In this document: positions 60,305 to 64,000 of the stretch, piece by piece
Layout of the letters: the number at the start of each line of letters is the position of its first letter
How positions within the stretch are numbered: position 1 is the stretch's first letter
Assembly: GCA_963830365.1 (NCBI GenBank)
Contig: CAWHMU010000042.1
Coordinates: 32,001 to 96,000, forward strand
DNA from: an uncultured Chlamydiae bacterium
Lineage (GTDB): Bacteria > Chlamydiota > Chlamydiia > Chlamydiales > Parachlamydiaceae
DNA: 64,000 nt
Reading direction: 5' to 3'
The notes under the pieces: generated by a model
Told to the model about the DNA's origin: nothing
Databases searched by the model: none
Seen by the model: the letters and a program-made list of their open reading frames with translations, nothing else
Position numbers and translations under genes: made by a program

Positions 60305-61653
60305 AGTTTTTTACCCATTTGCAGGCGGCGGCCGAGATCTGAGCTGATGCGGCCATGCGGATCGATGGTCTGTTTGATCTTTTGCCATTCGGCCAAGCGG
60401 GGGTACATGCGGCGGAATGTCTCCGGCTGTAGGCGGGCATCTTTAGCTAAATAGACCCTGCCGCCATACGCCAGCACGATGTCGTCCAGCTGGTCGAGCA
60501 GGGCAAAAACGCCCGGGTCTGCCAGGGGGATGTCGAGCGCCAGCGTAAAGCCTTCGCGGGGGAATGAGAGCAGGCCCTCGCCTTGCTGGCCGAAGCGCTT
60601 GAGTACGGCCAGGAAGGAGGCCCGGCGGCTGTCTGATAACTTGGTGAGCAGTTGCGGCAGGGCTTTTTTGGCTGCGGCCGGCGGGATGAGGCATTGGTAT
60701 TGCAGAAAGCCGCGTCGTCCATAGATGCGATTCCAGTCGTTGATCCCATCCAGAGGGTAGAAGAAATTATCTATATCACTGAGGAAGTGGTGTTTGCGGC
60801 TTTGCGTGTGATAGTAGAGGCTGTTGAAGGCTTTGATGCTCCAGTAGTTTAGGGCCTTGTCTGGCAGATAGCAGGGGATGGAGCGTTTGGCGGCAGCGGG
60901 GGCCGGCAGCAGCTGCGTCTTATGGCTTTGCAGATGGGCGGCCGTGGCATGGTGTCCGGTCATGAGGATGCCCCGGCCCATTTGCCGCCCTTTGGCCAGG
61001 CAGTCGATCCAGGCCACCGAGTATTTATCGTCTAAAGCCGGCTCTGCAAAGGCATCCATGAGCTTGTCGATATTGGCGGCGGCATGGTGGCTGACGTTGA
61101 CAAAGGAGGTTTCAATGGGCACCAGCTGCAGGGTGATTTCGGTGATGATGCCGGTAAGTCCCATGCCGCCGGCGCTGGCCCAGAAAAGGGGGGTGTTGAG
61201 GTTTTTGCTGCAGCGCAGGCGCGAGCCGTCGGCGGTGAGCAGCTCGATTTCAGTGACATAGCGGCTGAAGGAGCCGTCGACATGGTGGTTTTTGCCATGC
61301 ACGTCGGCGGCAAAGCAGCCGCCTAGGGTGACGTATTTCGTGCCGGGGGTGACGGGCAGAAACCAGCCGCGCGGAATGAAGATGTTTAGGATGTCGGCAA
61401 GCGTCGTGCCGGCTTCGGCGCGAAGCAGGCCGCTCACTTCATCGAAGGCTAGCAGGCGGTTCAGGCGTTCCATCAGCAGTACGCTATGACCGCCATTTAG
61501 GGCGGCATCGCCATAGCTGCGGCCGAGACCGCGCGCAAGTGTCGCGCCGTCTTCAGCGAGTTTCAGATCCCGGCAGCTTTCCGGACGTTTAACCAAGGCT
61601 TTGGAATGGGGATAGTTATTCCAGCAGCAGAGAGATGTCATTTCGGATGTCAT
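60301..61653 (-). CDS. FAD-dependent oxidoreductase (DprE1-like)
   Basis: RGLGRSYGDAA, VTPGTKYVTLGG..DVHGKNHH, YSVAWID, GFLQYQ, GGRVYLAKD. Confidence 0.9.
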   Translation of the reverse strand: MTSEMTSLCCWNNYPHSKALVKRPESCRDLKLAEDGATLARGLGRSYGDAALNGGHSVLLMERLNRLLAFDEVSGLLRAEAGTTLADILNIFIPRGWFLPVTPGTKYVTLGGCFAADVHGKNHHVDGSFSRYVTEIELLTADGSRLRCSKNLNTPLFWASAGGMGLTGIITEITLQLVPIETSFVNVSHHAAANIDKLMDAFAEPALDDKYSVAWIDCLAKGRQMGRGILMTGHHATAAHLQSHKTQLLPAPAAAKRSIPCYLPDKALNYWSIKAFNSLYYHTQSRKHHFLSDIDNFFYPLDGINDWNRIYGRRGFLQYQCLIPPAAAKKALPQLLTKLSDSRRASFLAVLKRFGQQGEGLLSFPREGFTLALDIPLADPGVFALLDQLDDIVLAYGGRVYLAKDARLQPETFRRMYPRLAEWQKIKQTIDPHGRISSDLGRRLQMGKKL

Positions 61654-62467
61654 AGTGCCTGTGGTGCCTAGGGTGATGAATCAAAGCGGCTAGATTAAAG
61701 CCTAGGGGATATGCTTGTCAAGCGGATGGACCAAGCGGACGAGGCGGACGAAGCGGACAGCGGTTCATGGACGCCATGGTTGTTTTGAAACTTGTATTCC
61801 CGACATAACTTTATTTGGCAGAGGCCTAATAGATCAAGAGGCCGCTATCTTTAGCAAGATGATATTAAGACGATCGGGATCCTTAATCATGATTTTTAGC
61901 GCCGATTCCTGAAAATAATGTTGGTGATGTAGTAAAATGCTTGCTGGTGGTATAGCACAACTAATTGACGTGTTGCGAAAAACTTCACCACCGAGGCACA
62001 GAGGCACAGAGAAGGAAAATGGAGCTTGCTCTTAGGGTTTTGTTAATAGGCACTCTTTTCTAGGTGGGTCCTACAAAACCAGATGAACCTGAAATCACAC
62101 TAGATGCTTAAATCGTAAAAGATAAATATATTGTGTGGTTTATATTTTATATGTTACATTTATCATTTGTATTTTTGCTTGTTTGTTTGATTTGTTGTTG
62201 TTTTCTGGTCTTAATTGATGTTGTTGATGTATTCAATCATTGATTGATATAAGGAGGACCTATGACATCAAAAGACACGAATACCTGCACCTGTATATGC
62301 CAATAACGGCCTGCATTTGATTTCACTTTTAATAAATAAAACTTGTCAGTTCAATGGTGCATAAAGTATTTTCCGGAAACCATAAAGGATAAGCTTGCGC
62401 GAAGGCGGTGGCGCAGGATAAACGGCAAATCCGGTAGTATCTATGAAGACCATCAAAGGGGGAATTG

Positions 62468-64000
62468 ATGACATCCATCACTAGGCGGCTGTGTCTTGGC
62501 ATGCTCGGGGCATGTGCTTGGATGCATTCTTTAATGGCTATAGATACGGGGGATTTTATCCGCGAGCGCATGCTGGGCGATTTGGATCACATTAAAAATA
62601 CCTTTCTATCGAACTATGCCCAGGCGGAATGGAAGATGAAATACGCAGGCTGGGACCTTGAAGTCGAGATCAATGCCGCTAAAGACAAGGTGCGTGCGGC
62701 AGGGGCGCTGACGACGAAAGACTTCCAGGTGATTGTGAAGGAGTTCTTCTTTACAGTGAAGGATTATCATGCCACCGTACAGTTCCATTCCACGGCAGCG
62801 GCAACCCTGCCATTTCTCATTCAAAGTGCCGGCGACAGGTATTTCTTTTCCTATATCGATCAAAGTCAATTGCCGAAAGACAATCCTTTTCCCTTTGCCA
62901 TCGGGGATGAGCTTTTGCTCATCGACGGGGTAGCGGTAGATCAAGTCGTCAAAGATTTCACCAAAATGGAAGTCGGCAGCAATCAACCCGCCACCGACCA
63001 GGGACTGGCAGAGATTTATCTGACTACACGCTTAGGAGCACTTGGACACATCGTGCCAGAGGGGACGCTTACGCTTGGCGGACGGAAAATGGGAACGACC
63101 GAAGTCACGAGTTATACGGTGGCATGGGACTGTGTGCCCGAGAAAATCAACAACTTGACGACCGCATTCGCTAAGAAGATGGGGATTGCCAGCCACAAAG
63201 CGGCGAAAAAAGGCAAGAAAAAGTGCGGTCAGCATCATTTCTTTCAAAAGAGGTTGATCATGCCTCACTATGCCGCCCTGGCGGCATCCAGGGAGGATGA
63301 CGTAGACCCTATGGATATGCTCGGCTCAAAGAAAAGCTTTATTCCGGTGCTTGGAAATATTTTATGGCAAAACCCAAGCAGCAGCATTTTCCATGCATAT
63401 TTATTTGAATTAGCCGATGGCACGCCGGCGGGATATGTACGCATCGCCACCTATGAGTTAGAAAATACAGAGAAAGCGGTTTTAGAATTTGCCGATATTA
63501 TCGACCTTTTTGAAAGTGAGGCCGAAGTGTTGGTCGTCGACCAGGTCAATAACCCCGGCGGCTTGATTTTATATATGTATGCCTTGGCATCGATGTTGAC
63601 AGACCAGCCGCTGACGATTCCTCAGCACCGCCAGATGCTCACGCAGGAAGATGTTTATTTTGCCCTCATGGAGATGGATTTTTTTGCAGCGGTGGAGTCT
63701 GATGAAGACGCAAAAGATCTTCTTGGTGAGACCTTGGAAGGTATTCCCGTTACGCTGGAAGTTGTGCAATCGCTGTTGGGTCATTTCCGCTTTATGGTAG
63801 ATGAATGGAATAATGGGCAAATGTTCACGAAGGCCGGCTATTTGTATGGCATCGGACCTTTGCCGCCGCATCCGGAGGTGCATTATACCAAGCCGATTTT
63901 GCTTTTGGTCAATGCGCTTGATTTTTCCGGAGGGGATTTCTTTCCGGCCATAATGCAGGATAACGGGCGGGCCACCATTATGGGGACGCGTACGGCAGGT
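62468..64000 (+). CDS. cpa: Chlamydial protease-like activity factor (CPAF, S41 family), runs off the window end; not in ORF track
   Basis: Read directly: MTSITRRLCLGMLGACAW.. signal, MLGDLDHIKNTF..YA.AEWK..GWDL, KDYH (His), GYVRIATY, DQVNNPGG, DFSGGDFFPAIMQDNGRA..GTRTAG (Ser). Confidence 0.9.
   Translation, partial: MTSITRRLCLGMLGACAWMHSLMAIDTGDFIRERMLGDLDHIKNTFLSNYAQAEWKMKYAGWDLEVEINAAKDKVRAAGALTTKDFQVIVKEFFFTVKDYHATVQFHSTAAATLPFLIQSAGDRYFFSYIDQSQLPKDNPFPFAIGDELLLIDGVAVDQVVKDFTKMEVGSNQPATDQGLAEIYLTTRLGALGHIVPEGTLTLGGRKMGTTEVTSYTVAWDCVPEKINNLTTAFAKKMGIASHKAAKKGKKKCGQHHFFQKRLIMPHYAALAASREDDVDPMDMLGSKKSFIPVLGNILWQNPSSSIFHAYLFELADGTPAGYVRIATYELENTEKAVLEFADIIDLFESEAEVLVVDQVNNPGGLILYMYALASMLTDQPLTIPQHRQMLTQEDVYFALMEMDFFAAVESDEDAKDLLGETLEGIPVTLEVVQSLLGHFRFMVDEWNNGQMFTKAGYLYGIGPLPPHPEVHYTKPILLLVNALDFSGGDFFPAIMQDNGRATIMGTRTAG

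Noticed and set aside
61722..61763. Short GCGGAC(GA) tandem repeats
   Set aside because: Only ~4 degenerate units; probably half of another dispersed repeat
1660..62090. CRISPR array interpretation of the many repeats
   Set aside because: The repeats are dispersed inverted pairs, not direct repeats with regular unique spacers, and no cas genes are present
62262..62306. ATG with a strong AAGGAGG RBS giving a 14-aa peptide (MTSKDTNTCTCICQ)
   Set aside because: Too short to support, and not in frame with CPAF; it could be a remnant or leader but there is no evidence

Overview
64-kb bacterial window that is almost certainly from an environmental Chlamydiae (Parachlamydiales-like) chromosome. 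The evidence is a CPAF protease, a CPn0927/0928-type hydrolase, a DUF2608 protein, a chlamydial-type long LolC/E beside rpmG, and a Cys-rich Lpg1974/MOMP-like porin. The left two-thirds is accessory: GNATs, an APH, MFS transporters, hydrolases, MerR/TipA, an FAD oxidase-methyltransferase fusion, a phytochelatin synthase and a photolyase. The right end holds a ppsA operon, lolCD-rpmG, a DprE1/DprE2/HAD/UbiA (polyprenyl-phospho-arabinose-type) operon and CPAF. Most long intergenic spaces are filled with nested, Russian-doll palindromic elements: (i) non-autonomous MITEs with GG(T/C)TCATC or GGC..TGTTCACC ends and 8-bp target duplications, (ii) IS50/Tn5-like derivatives with 9-10-bp duplications, and (iii) GTAG-containing REP/REPIN-like hairpins. 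The best find is an intact IS110-family element (36101-37914) inserted exactly at the CT/AG core of a REP-like arm, itself inside a TSD-flanked MITE. Its 3' non-coding end carries two short matches, one to the target and one to its own circle junction, in the order expected for a bridge/seek RNA. No rRNA, tRNA or CRISPR array was seen. All calls come from reading the sequence; no database searches were run.
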